In this document: positions 1 to 13,050 of the stretch, piece by piece
Position numbering within the stretch: the stretch's first letter is position 1
Layout of the letters: each line of letters begins with the position of its first letter
Assembly: GCA_043228905.1 (NCBI GenBank)
Contig: JBHGNT010000009.1
Location: forward strand, 10,540,001 to 10,604,000
DNA: 64,000 bases
Source of the DNA: Azolla caroliniana
Taxonomy: Eukaryota; Plantae; Polypodiophyta
Reading direction: 5' to 3'
Translations under genes and position numbers: made by a program
The notes under the pieces: model-generated
The model's input: the letters and a program-made list of their open reading frames with translations, nothing else
Databases searched by the model: none
Told to the model about the DNA's origin: nothing

Positions 1-880
1 AGTCGAAACTTCAGGAGTGCACAGCGACCTCAACGACCGAAGCAGAATATGTAGCTGCGTCCGACGCTGCAAAAGAAGCTTTGTGGCTCGGCCGGCTGGC
101 GCACACGTTTCGACAAGTCGACCATGACTCGGCCCCAGTTGTCTATAGCGACAGTCAAGGTGCTGTTGCCTTGTCGAAAAATCCGGTTCACCACAACGCC
201 TCCAAACATATCGACGTTCGATATCACTTCGTTCGGGACTGCGTCATTTCAGGGAAAATCGGTCTAGAGAAAATATCCACAACCGACAATGTCGCAGATG
301 GAATGACCAAGTGTCTTTCGGCAGACCGCTTTCGGTCCCTTCGGCATCAGATGGGCGTAACGACAAACCAGTCCGGTTAGAGCCGAACACAGCGCAGGAT
401 GGTTTTCAGACAACCGACATCAGTTCCTTAATGATCGGCTTCAACTCTTCCGACCCGACCAGTCCGGCCTTCTGCCTTTGGACCCTGCCGACTCGAACAA
501 AACTGATATGTCCGAGAACCTAGGTTTATACCTGTAATCCTAGATAACCCATGTATACGCCCATTACGGGGGAGTGTCGAATACAAGTGTATAATGGACG
601 TATTCACACTATCCCTTTGTATAGCTCAAGTTTGGGCCATTTGTGTAATTAGCATAAATGGTAGTTGCCCTAAGTCGGTCACTATATAAAGTGACCTAGT
701 AACCTTTTTGTAAGGTTGGTTGTATTATTGTTTCTATTGAATAGAAAGAGTCTTTTGTGCCTCCTCTCTCTCTCTCTCTCTCTCTATCTCTGTGCACGAT
801 CTTGGAAACTGTCATACGCAGGTACTCAACCCCAATCGAATGCTACTTGATCTTCCGCATTGACGGCCTTGTCTACAACA
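1..880 (+). mobile_element. 3' end of a Ty1/Copia LTR retrotransposon: RNase H C-terminus, PPT and 3' LTR (575-880); 5' part lies outside the window
   Basis: ORF 81-380 has the Copia RNase H motifs DSQGAVAL...SKHIDVRYHFVRD...NVADGMTK. PPT GGGGGAG ends at 574, followed by TGTCGA...ACAACA with a TATA box. Sequence after 880 resumes in another Copia protease. Confidence 0.88.
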
Positions 881-3239
881 GTAGCCTCCAACCCGACCAA
901 CACCTCCAAACTAGAAGATGTATGGTTCGTGAGCTCGGGTGCATCCAACCACATGACATCCCACGAGGATTGGTTCAAGGAGGACCCGGCTATGTGGAAA
1001 GTGGGGATGACACAATTCCCCCATTCAACATATCGACAATGTCCCATTTGGGGAAGAAGGCAACCAAACATACATCAAGAATGTTCTGCATGTTCCTACA
1101 ATAACAAAGAACTCGGTCTCAGTTTTCCAGATAGTTGAACAAGGCATGCAAGTTTGCTTCAACGATGTAGGTTGCTTCATTGAAAAAGAAGGCGGACTTA
1201 TCGCTTGCGGTCGGAGAGAAGGTCGAATGTTCATCCTCAACTCTCACAAGATGAACTCAGCAATGTATGCCAAGGGCCAAATAATTGACGCCGACATAGA
1301 GCTGTGGCACAAGAGGATAGGCCACATTAATCTCCAAAAGCTCAAGGGAATGCAGTCGAAAGGAGTTGTCATTGGAATCCCGACCTTCATCGAAAAGGAA
1401 ATTGCAGGCGTGTGAGAAGCTTGCCAATTCAGCAAACAACACCGAAAATTATTCCCAAAGGACAAGAACACAAGCAAAGGGATCCTAGATGTAATACATT
1501 TCGATGTGTGGGGATAAGCCTAGACGGCAACATTCGGTGGTTGCTGGTAGTACATAATGTTCATTGACGACTTCTCTAGACATACCTGGATCTACCTTAT
1601 GCGACAGAAGAGCGAAGTGTTCGGACACTTCCAAAAGCTCATGTTACCGGCTGGCAAGAAGGCTTAAGGAGGTCCAAACCAGAGTGTGGAAAGGAATAGT
1701 TTATTCGGGAACTGTTGTAATTAAAATATAGATATTAATATATGAGAAGATGTGGACGGACGGACCGGAATCGGTATGCCGATCCGGATCCGGAACGATC
1801 CCGTAAAGGTGCCGGTTGGCACCGTTTTGTATTTTGCACCGGAGACCTATATAAAGGCCCGGTTATAATGTAATCAGAAGCGGATAATTAATAGAGCTTA
1901 TTGTCTTAATCTCCCAGTGTTGATTACCGTTCTGTATTCATTGTTATATATTACGCGTGTTAATTACGAATTGCTAAGTAACCAATTAAGGTCTAATTAA
2001 GCGTTGTGCCGTAAGTCATTTTGTCATACCACCCTTTGGTGAAGTGTCTTAAGTGGACACCCTGTGTTAGGCTGTTGTCCGGCCCTAGGATTAACAGCTC
2101 AAAAACGAAGTCAAAAAGGCAACTGGCCGGCATGTCAGATGCTTTTGATCAGACGGCAGCAAAGAGTACTTCTCTGACACCTTTACAACATATCTTCGAC
2201 AAGAAGGAATCCGGTAGGAGTTTACTTGCCGACACATATCTCAGCAGAACGGAGTAGCCGAACACAAGAATTAGCACATACTCGAGGTGGCAAGGGCAAT
2301 TATGAATGAGAAACATCTGTCAAAGTCATATTGGGTTGAAGCGGCGAATACAACCATTTATCTGATATATCGTTGCACAACATTAGGAGTGCACGAAATT
2401 ACCTCTTGCGAAAAGTTCTATGGGAAGAAACCAAACCTATCTCATGTCAGGATATTCGGTTCAATTGCATATGTACATATTCCTGACGAGAATTGGCAGA
2501 AGCTCGATCCCAAGTCAGATAAATGTATACTCGTAGGGTACTCACTCAAGCAAAAAGGGTATAAGTGCTTCAACCCTTCCACCAAGAAGGTACGAGTGAG
2601 TAAGGATGTAGTATTCGACGAGTCGGCCTGCTGGTATACAATCGAATTAGACCCATCCGCCGCAGTCGAAACCGAGTTCGACACAGATGCGGAGGATAAT
2701 GATTGACCAAGGCCCACATAAGAGGAAAGTTCAATCTCAACCAGGTTGAGTGGACCACAAGAGCCTCTAAGCGACCAAAGCACGTCACGACCGAGTCCGA
2801 AACTGGACAAAGGAAAGGCCAAAATGCCTGAGTACGAAGACTCGGTTGGAAATGAATCAACTCACTTACCTGATAGTGAGTTTGGTAGATTGGATGTGCC
2901 CATCATGAGGACACCAGGAGAACCACGTCGATCCACCCAAGAAAAGAGCATAGTTGGCCGATTCGGCTACAATGACTACATGGCATATCATTATGCATTC
3001 ATGATGAAGGTGTCGACAGTCTGAGAACCGGAAAACTATTCCAAAGCCACGAAGGATCCTAGATGAGTCGAAGCAATGAATGAGGAGATGCAAGCACTCT
3101 CCAAGAACAAGACATGAGATCTCGTCCCTTCTTCAAACCACCAAAAGGCAATTGGATGTCGATGGATCTTCAAGGTAAAGCACAACGCCAATGGCACTGT
3201 CCATCGGTACAAGGCCCGACGTGTGGCGAAGGGCTACGT
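881..3239 (+). mobile_element. Degenerate Ty1/Copia internal region (protease, GAG-pre-integrase, integrase, start of RT)
   Basis: WFVSSGASNHMT, LWHKRIGHIN, YWVEAANT, IFGSIAYVHIP...KLDPKS and YKARRVAKGY motifs, with stops and frameshifts. Interrupted by a solo LTR at 1642 and cut off by an LTR at 3240. Confidence 0.9.
1642..2096. mobile_element. Solo LTR (455 bp) with 5-bp TSD GCTCA
   Basis: TGTTA...TAACA termini. GCTCA at 1637-1641 and 2097-2101. The Copia integrase sequence resumes after it. Confidence 0.9.
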
Positions 3240-3365
3240 TGTCGCGAAGATGCGCGTGCATGCGTGCTTCGCTTGAGCGGGACCACCGGGGTCTCGGGAA
3301 GGGGAGGACGTTCGCGAAATTGTCGAAAAGATGACGATGTGTATGTAGGAATAGAGGAAACTAAT
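3240..3365 (-). mobile_element. LTR fragment (U5 end) related to the tRNA-Trp-primed Gypsy family
   Basis: Starts TGTCGCG and carries GCGGGACCACCGGGGTCTCG (3277-3296), the motif found at the same distance from the LTR end at 45152 and (reverse complement) 57542. Preceded by ACGT. The right boundary is uncertain. Confidence 0.7.
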
Positions 3366-6300
3366 GTCACACTTGAGAAGATCAAAGATTTTACACTTGA
3401 GAAGAAGATAGATTTCAAGAAGAATATTAAGAAGAAGATTATATTGATGGTGATGATAATGATATCACATATTGAGCCCCCCCTTACACAAGCCTTACGA
3501 GGGTTTTTATAGGTCTATCCTTCATTCTAACATGCACAAAACCATGAGCTTGAACCATGGTTTTATGCACATGGTTTTGTACGGTTGTTTCCTATGCATT
3601 TTGAATATGAAAAGAAATACATATTTAAAGTACTTGGTAGTAGCCCTAGTGGTAAGATAAAAGTCTTCTATCTTCGAAGTTCAAGGTTCAAATCTTGCTT
3701 GCACCCTCCTATATGCACTCGAATGTCATTAGACCCTAAGCTAATGTTCATATTTATAATCATAGATTGACATATTTGCATTCGTGGGGCCTGCCCCACA
3801 AATTCATATGAATAGGAATACGAATGCATGTAAATGTATTCGTTTTCTTCTTTTTTTGAATTTTTTATAAAAAATAAAAAACTATTTTTTCCCTTTGAGT
3901 GAGTGAACGAACAGTGAGCAGCGAGCGAGAAAGCCTCACCCTACTCCCTCTGCGTGTTGCCCTCGCTTCCCTTTGCATCTTGTTCTCGGCCAAGAAATTA
4001 GGGTTTTGGCTTAAAACCCTAATTTCTATCATAATTCTAGTTTCAACAGTTTTCTTTCTTTTCAGCCCGCATCCTTGACTCCCTCTCATGCTCTATTCTA
4101 ATCCTATATCTTGTTCTCTACTGCAAACTCAGACTTTCATTAAAACCCTAAGTTTAGCTAAGTTTAGGAGAAGCCCTAATTAATTAATTAACTAATATTT
4201 TTCAATGAATTAATTAATTTTTTGATGAATTAAGATATGTATTAGTAAATTAATTAATGTATAGTGAATTAATTAATTATTATATTAGTGACTTAATTAA
4301 TTATTGATGTATGTGTGTATATACATATATGAGTGATATATGTGTGTGTATATGCATATATGTATGTGTGTATATGTATATATCATATATGTATGTGTGT
4401 ATATGTATATGTATATGTATATATCATCGTGGTGTCTTAACTACCACCAAATATTTATGAGGGCCAGTGAGGGAATTGCAGAGAAGGACGATGCATGTCG
4501 CTAGATGAGGGCGCATGCGATCTGCACCATCCAAACTGGATGAAGAAAAGGCGCGAAAAAGCGCGCCATCAAAAGTGCAATTTTAGGGGAGCCCGTCTCA
4601 TTAAAGAAGGAGCCCGACTCTGTGAAAGGGAGCCCGACTATATGAATGGGATTGACTATAAAAACCCATACCTGTCATTTTTGCCTATTTACAAATAGGT
4701 AGAGAGAGGTTTAGGGTTTAGGGTTTAGGAGCGAGGCACACCACCTGCTGTCCGCAAGCACCTATTGGGGGCATCTTCAGTGAGGCGCACCACCTGCTAT
4801 CCTGCTGTCCATGAGCACCTGCTTACCTACTGTCCAGAGGTATGTATCATATTTCTTGTCTATTTATGAATTGCTTAATATTTGTGTGTTCAATTTGTGA
4901 AAGCTCAAAGATTTGACGTATAAAATTGGATAGGCCCTAACTGTATAGGCCCAAAATTTGGAGTTTCCTCGCCAATATCTCTCTCAGTTTTGAAAAATGA
5001 TGAGAGAACCTGAGTATTAGTCTGTTAAATATCCTAGTCTATTATGATGGAAATAATGATTTGCATTGTTTTTGGCTTGATGCACACTTTTTGTGCTCTT
5101 TTTGATGAAGGGTATGCACTATTTCTTCCATTTTGAAGCCATGTGTTCAATATTCATGGGCATAATTAAATATGGGTTAAGGAAACGATCTAAAACACTA
5201 ACTTTTTCTTTTTGTTGTTAAAATGTGTAAAAAATTATATATCATTACAATGAGATCATGAACTAGATTTATAAATGATCATTTTACATATTTTAGTTGG
5301 AATTTTACCTAGCCAAAGAAATTGAATTGGGCATAAATATCATCACACCCTTCTTGTAGTCTCACCCAGTTATGGGTAGGCAAGTCAAGATATAGAAAAG
5401 ATAGGGAAAAGTATATCTTGATTCATTCTCTATTTCTATTAACAAGTTTCTGAATTTCGATAACTAGCCTTGAACCCAACTAACAAAGACAAAGTAACCA
5501 TGGGGAAAAGTATATCTTGATTCATTCTCAGTTTCTGTTAACAAGTTTCTGAATTTCGATAACTAGCCTTGAACCCAACTAACAAAGACAAAGTAACCAT
5601 GGCCAATGGTTGCGAATTTCTGAATTTCATTGCAATTGAAGACTTCCAAAAGTTATTCATGTGAATAGTAGTAAATAAACCAAAAAGAAAGATAATCAGC
5701 AAGGGGCCAAGGTGGATGTGTAAGGGCACCCTTGTATACCACAGGTGTCGGAATGACGTAAAATTCTACACTAGTGCAAAGAGAATGTTCTCATTCTGGA
5801 AGAGAATTGGAAGTTCAACAAGTCAATAATCCTTTAAGAAAGTAGAGAAGAAAATGGGAATGAAAACATCAAGAATTCAATTCAAGCTCTGTTTCGGAAG
5901 CTGAAAGCAAACTGGTGCATGATGAAAGAATAGGAAGAAAATTAAATTTCATGAATCAGATTTTAAGTTTTGATGAAGAATCAGACATTGAGTAGCTCCC
6001 TATGTGAAGATGCGGTGCCCATCGAGAGTTTCTTAGCATCTCTATCATGGTTCATAAGAGTGGCTATCAACATAATCTCTCCCCATAGACAGCAATCAGT
6101 CCTCTTTCTCATACTGATATTTCTTGTCTATTTATGAATTGCTTAATATTTGTGTGTTCAATATGTGAAAGCTCAAAAATTTGACGGTTAAATACCAAAT
6201 TTGACGAAAAAGCTAACTATGTTTCTTAGTTGGCAATTCCCTATAGTAAAATGTGTGGATAGCATCTCAATCTACAAACAAAATTCCTTCTTTACAACAT

Positions 6301-6419
6301 ACACGTTAGGCATAGAACAAGCCTACAAGTCAAGATCATACCAGGTGTGAGAGAACAGGTGTGAGAGAATTCTCAACAGTTGATGCTACAGAAGTAGCAA
6401 CTACCATCTTTGTTTTCAT

Positions 6420-6830
6420 AACACATGGCAGGGGTTGCATAAAGGCATTTAGTGGAGCTGGAGGAATTTGTTGTTGAGCATCATTCTCTCACCACCATGA
6501 TGGGAGTATTGCAAAACCAGTATATGCAACTTCCCTTGGGAATCCAATATCAAATATTCTTTCCCTGAAAGACTACATATACTGACCACTTGTTCTGACA
6601 TTTTCATTGGAATGATTTGGTTGTGGAAAGGAACAAAAAGTCCTTCCTGTACTCCCTTCTTCGATGTTATGTGTCCTTTGATCAAAGGCCTGAGATGCCT
6701 AACTCTCACTCCACCAAGTTGTCCAACAAGCAAATATTGCAAATATTGCAAATATTGCAAAGATACGTGTAGGTCATAGATAGGGCCATTGCAGTCCACT
6801 ATTGCACACTTAACAAGATGCAAACACTAG
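6420..6830 (-). pseudogene. Fragment of a conserved uncharacterised plant protein gene, probably TE-captured
   Basis: ORF 6449-6823 (VKCAIVDC...GGVRVRHLRPLIKG...VSICSLSGKEYLILDSQGKLHIL) resembles a plant protein family from memory. No complete gene structure is visible. Confidence 0.45.
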
Positions 6831-7819
6831 TTCTGTTGTTTTCCATTCATTGTCTCTTGTTTAGTTCTATGAAGATTCTTCACAGAATTTGCACCTGAAA
6901 AATACCCTGTTTTAGCATTCCCAATGTTGTCTTCATCGTGATCTAGATGCTTTCGCCCATATTCGACTGTAAGATTGACCAATTTCCCGTTGCTACCATG
7001 GTCCTGACCTTGAGCTAGAAGATTCTCAAAAACTTCTGCAACAAGATCCCCATGCTTGGCATTCCTATAATGGTTTCAACCTTGATTACACGCATCATTC
7101 CCACCAAAGTCATGATCTTGATCTCCAAATTGCACATTCTGACCAAGGTCATGATTATGACCTCCAAACTTGGCTCTCTGCTCAAGGTCAATATCTTGAG
7201 CAACAGATTTGGAATTTCTACTAAGATCGTGTTCCCGACCACCACCAAGTTTCGCTGAAAGGATCCAAACTCTGGCAAGGGTGGGAGAGTATAAAACCAT
7301 CACATTGACTGAGGCCAAAATACCTATAAAGCTTCCATGTGGTATATCAAGGAAACAAGCCACTGAAAAGAGATTAGATTTTGAACAAGAATTTGGATGT
7401 CCAAATATGATCGTAGATCCATTGGTGGTTTTTGAGGATGACACGTGTTTTGTACAGATGGCTAGTCGGTCCAAGACCTTCATAGACTTTGATGCGAATC
7501 GAGGTGAAACAATACCCTATGAAGGGAGGTATGGCTTGAATCATTTCTCAAGTATATATTGTGTATAAATAGTGATGTTTGTGTGCTAACTTGAATGATG
7601 GTTTAGGGTTTTTGTAAGAAAGGGTGCTAGGTGCCCCAAATCCAACAATATGGATGCTGAAAACATCATTACTGAAGACTCAAACATGGATACGAACCCC
7701 ATACATGACGTGGGGTCAGGTGTTGAAGATATCAGTGTGAATGGTGAGTTGATGTGTATTCTTATAATCATTATTGAAGTATATATTGGGTTTTTCTAAT
7801 GCAAATGTCACACCACTAT

Positions 7820-9490
7820 TGTAGTGGACCCCATGTCCCTGTTTAAGGCGGGAAGAGACTCGACAGGTATCAAATGTCGCACATTTATCGTTGGAGATTC
7901 ATGTAGAAAAGAGGTACGATGGTTTCGCAAAAAAGCTGACGTGGAGGCTCACTTACAGAAGGCACATGGCATTCGTGTAGTACTGCCTCGGGGCTAAAGA
8001 TAGAAGAAGAAGAGCAATCGACCTCCATGAGGAGTACAACCATGTCATTCTTCAACCACTACGAAAGACAATGATCAATAAAGCGTTTTTTGGATCCGGA
8101 GCTAAAGTACAACAGATCACGCCAATCACACATGAGGAAGTTGAGGACAAGAGCGATTAAGATCTTCAAAGCCACTACAGACGCACTTCGAACATCCAAG
8201 GAGGCCGATTTCATTGCCCAATTCGTTAGCCAAGAGATGGACAGGTATGATGAGGGAAAGGAGCATAGGATGGCAAAATTGAAGTTGAAGATTGCGGTTG
8301 TGTCTGAAGCTTATGTAAGTATGGTTTATGATTATGTGTGCATCTTATGTGAGTCTAAATCTAGTGTGTGAATGATTATGTGTGAATCTTATGTATGAAT
8401 TTTAGAGTAAGAATCATGTCGTAATTCCCATGCTAGAAGATGAGACACATGTCGAGATCGATCGTGGTCAAGACCAACAGTCAGAATCGACAACCCAACA
8501 ACCAAGGAGGCCTAAAATCCAAATCCGCAAGAAAAAAGTGGACCCTGGTAAATTGTCGTTCATTACATCATCTGACACAGATGAGGGTGCGGACATTGGG
8601 ATTGTCTTTGTTGGTCTTGGGACAATCACGAAAACATGGGATAACACAACAAGAAATAATTTCACTAGGTATGTCGTTATGGTGGGGGCATGAGATCAAT
8701 AGTTAACTTCATGTTTTTTTTGTAGTTCCTAATCTGGCCTAATAAACAGGTTTCAGGTGGCTTGTCGACGATTAGATCTAGCAGTCTTTTTGACGGAGGT
8801 AGAACTATGTTCGTTGTGCATTGTGGGGGAGATGGCATCCACATGGATGATGACCCTCTTCCACTTATGGATGGAGTACTCGTTGCCCCCCAAGATCAAC
8901 AAGCGGTTTCATATTGTGGATCCACTATGGGTACAACTAGAAGGCCAAAGTGATAAGGGTGAAGACATACTCACTCGGGTCCCTGAACGGGAATATGTCT
9001 TCATTCCGATATTGCACTCAGGGCATTGGGTGCTTTGGTTGAAGATGCGACAAAATCCTATAGGTCTTGATGCCAAGGTGAGGAGCCCAATTGTATTTTG
9101 CGATCCACTAAATAATCTCCCGATTGCCAACATGAAGACATTGCGTGATTTGGTTGTACAACATATCTCTAGCGCCACACACGACCATTGCATCATCAAC
9201 AACGAGCGGTTCCAGGTATTGCATATCCCAACCCAACCTAATGGGACGGATTGTGGGTATTACATGATGCAAACCATTTGAATGTTGGTCGAGGAGTTCA
9301 TTCAAGGATTTGAGTTTGATCAATTTGTAAGTATTTATGAGAATTGAATTTGAGCATTTCTTTTTGTAAGGGCTTAGGTTGATGGCATCTTGTGGTGTAG
9401 GGTAAGGAGCAATGGTTTGGATTCGAAGACGTGGAGCTCCTTCGGAAAATCATGGCAAAATGGACACGAAGGACTCTAGGCATAGGGTTA
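7820..9490 (+). pseudogene. Transposon-associated Ulp1-like (peptidase C48) cysteine protease pseudogene with an upstream C2H2-like motif
   Basis: ORF 8757-9281 has FIPILHSGHWVLW...FCDPL...QPNGTDCGYYMM (His/Asp/Gln/Cys arrangement of C48). An upstream exon encodes C...C...EAHLQKAHG. GT-AG introns and in-frame stops are present. Confidence 0.72.
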
Positions 9491-9592
9491 TTTTAATCAC
9501 TTGCATGTTGTACTTTGTAACATCAAACATATGATCTCGATTTACTATCTCATGCGGATTGCCAACTTTTTTGTAATATCTGGTAAATAGTT

Positions 9593-9803
9593 GAATCTCA
9601 TTTTGGTTGTATATACCTCTGACTGATGTACATTCTGGTTGTGAGTCATATTATTTGAATCTCATTTTGGTTGTATATGACTCAATTTGATGTACATTCT
9701 GGTTGTGAGTCTTATTATTTGAATCTCATTCTGGCTGTATATGACTCAATTTGATGTACATTTTGGTTGTGAGGCTTATTACTTGAATCTCATTCTGGTT
9801 GTA
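9593..9803. repeat. Tandem repeat, 64-bp unit, about 3.3 copies
   Basis: GAATCTCATT(C/T)TGG(T/C)TGTA recurs at 9593, 9657, 9721 and 9785. Confidence 0.85.
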
Positions 9804-10081
9804 TGGAACATTCTAGAAACTTCAGGAGTACTCCTGAAAACAATATAAAAGGAGGCACAAGGCATTATTTCGAACCAAATCGGTTCAACGTCGGTCTGAA
9901 GCCTCATAGCTATTCTTGTACTTACTCTTCATATAATATAATATATATTTTGTTATCATCATTCTCTCTCTCTCTCTCTCTCTCTCCCTCTCTCCGTCTC
10001 TCGTGAGTTCTACACTCTTTTCTCTCCCTTAGTACTTATTCGCATCTTTTAGTACTAATTCCCTCTCTACTATTCCTAACA
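9804..10081 (+). mobile_element. 5'-truncated LTR of the chromovirus family at 49621-53497
   Basis: GGAACATTCTAGAAACTTCAGGAGTACTCCTGAAAACAATATAAAAGG...CCAAATCGGTTCAACG...TATTCCTAACA matches the reverse complement of LTR 49621-50068. Confidence 0.8.
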
Positions 10082-10088
10082 TATACTA

Positions 10089-10442
10089 TGTAAAAGTTAG
10101 AGTATGCGGAAGCTTTCAAACAGTGACTCAGTTGACAATTAGGAAAAACACAGAGTATGTATGTATGGAGGTAGGTACATAGAGAGAGACTGAGTAGAGA
10201 AGACAACAACAAAGGAAGTTTTATTAAAAATACTCAGTACAGACAAACGTGCTCATGGAGCACTTTATACACAAGCCCACAATCAAGGACTGACACAAGT
10301 ACTGACAAGTACTTGAATGCTCTTCAATGAGCCTCTAACACTAATTACCTACAATATTCCTATTACTAAAATAGGAATATAGGCCTCTAATGGCCTGTTG
10401 GCTTCTTCAGCCGATCCAGCATGTTGAGCTTGTCACTCAACA
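10089..10442 (-). mobile_element. LTR (probably solo, Copia-type) related to the LTR at 54793
   Basis: The reverse complement starts TGTTGAGTGACAAGCTCAA, identical to the start of 54793, and shares internal motifs. A matching TSD was not found. Confidence 0.7.
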
Positions 10443-12879
10443 TGTCAGAACCAAGAGAAAAGATAGAGTGGTAGAAGAAAGATGTAAAGAGATCACGAGA
10501 AGAGAGGAATGAAGTGATAAGAGTGAATGTATTAGTAAGATAGAATGAAGATGGATACAAGAAAGGTGACGAAAGCTTAAGACTGGTGTTCATTCGAATT
10601 GGTTTGAGAAGAATTGTATGTCCATATTTATAGGTTCCTATAGAATAGCCTAGTGATTTCTATAATGTTCTAGAATGTTCTAGACCTAGAATATTCTAAG
10701 ATGTTCTAGAATGTTCCAGAACATTTACAATAATCAATCTATTACAAGAAGTAGGTTTTATTATTTTTTATAATCATATGTTATCCTAATGGTTAGGTTC
10801 TTGATTATATATTACAAGGTCTTGGGTTTAAGCCCAAGTGAAGCCATGATGCTTATGTATTCATGACACTATCTCCCCTTTGAGAACGACGAGTGGAAGT
10901 CGTCGTTAACAATGTAGGGCCCGGTTTGTTTGGATAACGCCGATGGAAGTCTTTGACAAGAACTTGAGCATTAGAAACATTATTGACGGGTTCCCAAGTG
11001 CAATCACTCGGAGGATAGCCAACCCAATCAACCAGATAATAGAGCTTATTCCGCACAATCTTCGAATCAAGAATAGCAGCTACCTCGTATTCAGGGCCGT
11101 CAACAAGTTGGACAAAGGGCGGAGGTGGCACGACACGATTAGGAATAGAAGAGGTGTGACAAGGTTCCAAAAGAGAGCTATGAAAGACTAGGTGAAGCAG
11201 CATGTGTGCTGGAAGATTAAGACGAAAGGTGGCATCATTAATACGTGCAGTGATGAGAAAAGGACCTAAGCACTGATAACCGAGCTTCTCACATGGCCGG
11301 ATAGTCTTGATGTGACGACGAACCAACCATATTTGGTCACCAACCTTAAAAGGAGACTTAAGACGATGGCGATCAACAGTGGTCTTATGTTGTGCTTGAG
11401 CTGTTTGAAGATGTGAAGATAACACTTACTGGATTCGACGTAGTCGATGAAGATGATGCTCAGCACTAGGGTTTCGTGCAACCTTGGGAAGATCCAAGAT
11501 ACACCATCGAGGATGGTTACCGGTGTAGGCAAAGAAAGGTGTAACCTTGGTAGAAGAGTGTACCGTGTTATTGTATGCAAACTCAGCAAGATGTAGAATA
11601 TTGCTCCAATCATCTTGTTGATAACTGATGAAGCATCAAAGATATTGCTCGAGCGTTTGATTTGTGCGCTCTGTTTATCCGTCGGTTTGTGGATGATAAG
11701 CCAAAGAGAGTTTGCAAGAGATTTTGAGGCCTGCCCATAGGTGCTTCCAAAAGTGAGAGATAAATTGAGGACCACGATCAATAATTATATCATCTAGAAG
11801 ATCATGATGGCGAAATACTTCACGCATAACGATATCTGCGGTTTCCTGACTATTGATACTCTTTACACATGGCAAAAAATGTGCCATCTTGGTAAGCCGA
11901 TCCACTACAGTTAAAATGGTATCAAATCCTTTTGAAGGTGGCAGATCCGTAATGAAATCCATAGAAATAGATTGCCATGTCTTGGTTGTAGGTGGTAATG
12001 GTTGTAACAAGCCATAAGGATGATGCCTGGGTATTTTGGCTCGACAACAGGTGTCACATGTACGAACATAATCTTCGACAAATTTTTGCAAATGAGGCCA
12101 CCAAAACGAGTGGTTCACCAACTCCATGGTCTTGGCAATACCAAAATGTCCAACCATAGGGGCATCATGACAATGTTGTAATACTTGAAGGCGGGGTGAT
12201 CCATCAGGGACGTAAAGGAGATTCTTGTAAAAGAGTAAGCCATCTTGCCACTTGAATTCCTCATAATGTTGAGATGAATCTTGCAATGTGGAGCAAGATG
12301 CATGGTTTGGACTAATGTGGGCTGAGACATCCTTAGCGAAATCATCAGAGTGAAGTTGTTGCCGAATAGTATCAACAAGGCGTGAATCAAGCGGGGTCGC
12401 ATAAACTGTTGTTGCTTGTAGCTTTGTGACGAGAACTTGTTGTTCCTTATGTCCAACGCTTGGCCGCAACCGAGCTTCTTTTCATACACTGAAAATGGGA
12501 AATAGAACACGACACAAAAGGAGAAATGGTACACAGGAGGTTAACGTGGAAAACCCCAAACTAAGGGAAAAACCACGGCAGCCCACAGGCTGCAAACTGT
12601 CACTATGTAGGAATATACAACAGTGAGTTCACTGAGGCAACGACCTCATGCTCACGGATCTTCGCCACAGGCGGCGGTTACAACAGAGGCAACAACCTCG
12701 TCTATCTCTCTCTCTCTCTATACAGTTACGCACTCTCTCTTCTTCTTGCACCAACAAGGAAGAATGACAACAACAACTAAAAGTTTGCCCTAAGTCATAT
12801 TTATACTAATCTGACTTTTCGGCTATTTACAAATATAGCCTCGATGGGCTCTCAGAAACATATTTACGAATATGTCTCT

Positions 12880-13050
12880 TCCTCCGGTTCATACCGGGCC
12901 TGCACCATCCGGCTCTCCGTAGCCGGGTACTCCTCATCCGGTTCATACCGGGCCTGCACCATCCGGCTCTCCGTAGCCGGGTACTCCTCATCCGGTTCAT
13001 ACCGGGCCTGTATCATCCGGCTCTCCGTAGCCGGGTACTCCTCATACCGT
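12880..13050. repeat. 54-bp tandem repeat, about 3 copies, in the Copia LTR (also 18218-18390)
   Basis: Unit CCGGTTCATACCGGGCCTGCACCATCCGGCTCTCCGTAGCCGGGTACTCCTCAT, seen as an 18-aa periodicity in ORFs 12844 and 18150. Confidence 0.9.

Noticed and set aside
3365-3772. Possible solo LTR (TGTCA...TGACA)
   Set aside because: The flanks (ACTAA and TATTT) do not form a TSD and no second copy exists in the window.
12880-13050. Possible hammerhead ribozyme (retrozyme) in the LTR repeats
   Set aside because: The minus strand has CGGATGAG but not the CUGANGA plus GAAA core arrangement.
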